Origin: Octopus vulgaris
Taxonomy: Eukaryota
DNA: 64,000 nucleotides
Direction of reading: 5' to 3'
Assembly: GCA_951406725.2 (NCBI GenBank)
Contig: OX597824.1
Coordinates: 54,622,001-54,686,000, forward strand
Shown: piece by piece, positions 63,101 through 64,000 of the stretch
Layout of the letters: every line of letters begins with the position of its first letter
How positions within the stretch are numbered: the first letter of the stretch is position 1
The notes under the pieces: model-generated
The model's input: only the letters and a program-made list of their open reading frames with translations
Database searches by the model: none
Told to the model about the DNA's origin: nothing
Translations under genes and position numbers: made by a program

Positions 63101-64000
63101 GCAACATTTTGACACTTTCTAACCTAAAAAAGTCTGGGACTTTAGTGATATCTTGGATAAATATGAGCTTATTAACTTATCTCTACCTAACAGATCACTA
63201 AAGTCTCACAGGTTTTCAGGTTACAAAGTGTCAAAGTAATGCAATCGACAAAAAATTTACTGATCTGTTAAGTATAGATTAGTTAAATGTTTGATAAAAA
63301 GCTTTTATTTACCCAATTCTCAACAGTGTTCAGGTTAGAAAATGTCAAAATTTTGAAAATGTGTACTCGAAAAACGGCAAAAAATTTAATCTGTTGGGTA
63401 GAGCTGTTATTTGATTGATAATTAGCTTATATTTATCCAAGATATAGTCTCAAGACTTTTCAATCTAGAAAGTGTCAAAATGTTGCAAATGTGTACTTGA
63501 AATATAACAAAAAATTTAGGTAGAGATAAGTTAATGAGCTCGTATTTATCCAAGATATCACTAAAGTCTGAAAAGTTTTCAGGCAAGAAAGTGTCAAAAT
63601 GTTGCAAACGTGTACTTGAAAAACAACAAAAAAATGTTGTGATCTGTGAGGTAAAGATAAGTTAAATGATAATGTCCCAAAATTTCATTGAGCCCCAAAA
63701 TGATAATAGGCCCCAAAATTTTTTAGGATAGAAAGTGTCAAAATGTTGCAAATGTGTACTTGAAAAACAACAAAAAATTTTGTTCTCTGTTGTGATAAGT
63801 TAACTGATTCAAAAATAAGATATTTATCCAATATATCACTAAAGTCTAAAAAGTTTTCAGGTTAGAAAGTGTCAAAATGTTGCAAATGTGTACATGAGAA
63901 ACAACTAAAATGTTTAGTGATTGATAATTTCCTAAAGTGTTTGGGTTAGAAAGCGTCAAAATGTTGCAAATGTCTTCTCAAAAACCAAAAAATTTAGTGA
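54190..64000. repeat. AT-rich complex satellite: ~140-bp monomers in both orientations, ~3.1-3.3-kb higher-order repeat (~3 copies)
   Basis: Core GAAAGTGTCAAAATGTTGCAAATGTGTACTTGAAAAACAAC on both strands; marker CATTGAGCCCCAAAATGATAATAGGCCCC at ~57415, 60530 and 63687; near-identical spurious ORFs at 55101, 58256 and 61372. Confidence 0.93.

Noticed and set aside
55101-63607. Recurrent 61-78 aa ORFs in the AT-rich region
   Set aside because: They recur with the satellite period and have no coding features.

Overview
Eukaryotic, repeat-rich genomic DNA, most likely from a coleoid cephalopod (octopus-like: GC-rich 2.65-kb 18S, tRNA-derived SINEs, many microsatellites; the taxon is an inference). 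The window has three zones. (1) 1-40 kb: the 5' part of a minus-strand GNPAT (DHAP acyltransferase) gene with three clear exons and one probable first coding exon. Its introns and upstream region are packed with decayed Penelope-like, RTE, R4/Dong, Tx1/L1, mariner, Helitron and Gypsy elements, SINEs, two hammerhead ribozymes and fold-back palindromes. (2) ~40.0-54.1 kb: a single minus-strand rDNA unit that starts and ends in the same IGS subrepeat. It has a full 18S but no recognisable 5.8S, ITS2 or 5' part of 28S. It carries a 4.7-kb three-zinc-finger (clade A type) R2 retrotransposon at the canonical 28S site, with one frameshift and one nonsense codon. The spacer just downstream of 28S holds degenerate copies of the R2 target region itself (39/42 nt of the upstream recognition sequence kept, the 36 nt after the cut site removed), a candidate target mimic or decoy. 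(3) 54.1-64 kb: an AT-rich satellite with ~140-bp monomers in both orientations, organised as a ~3.1-3.3-kb higher-order repeat.
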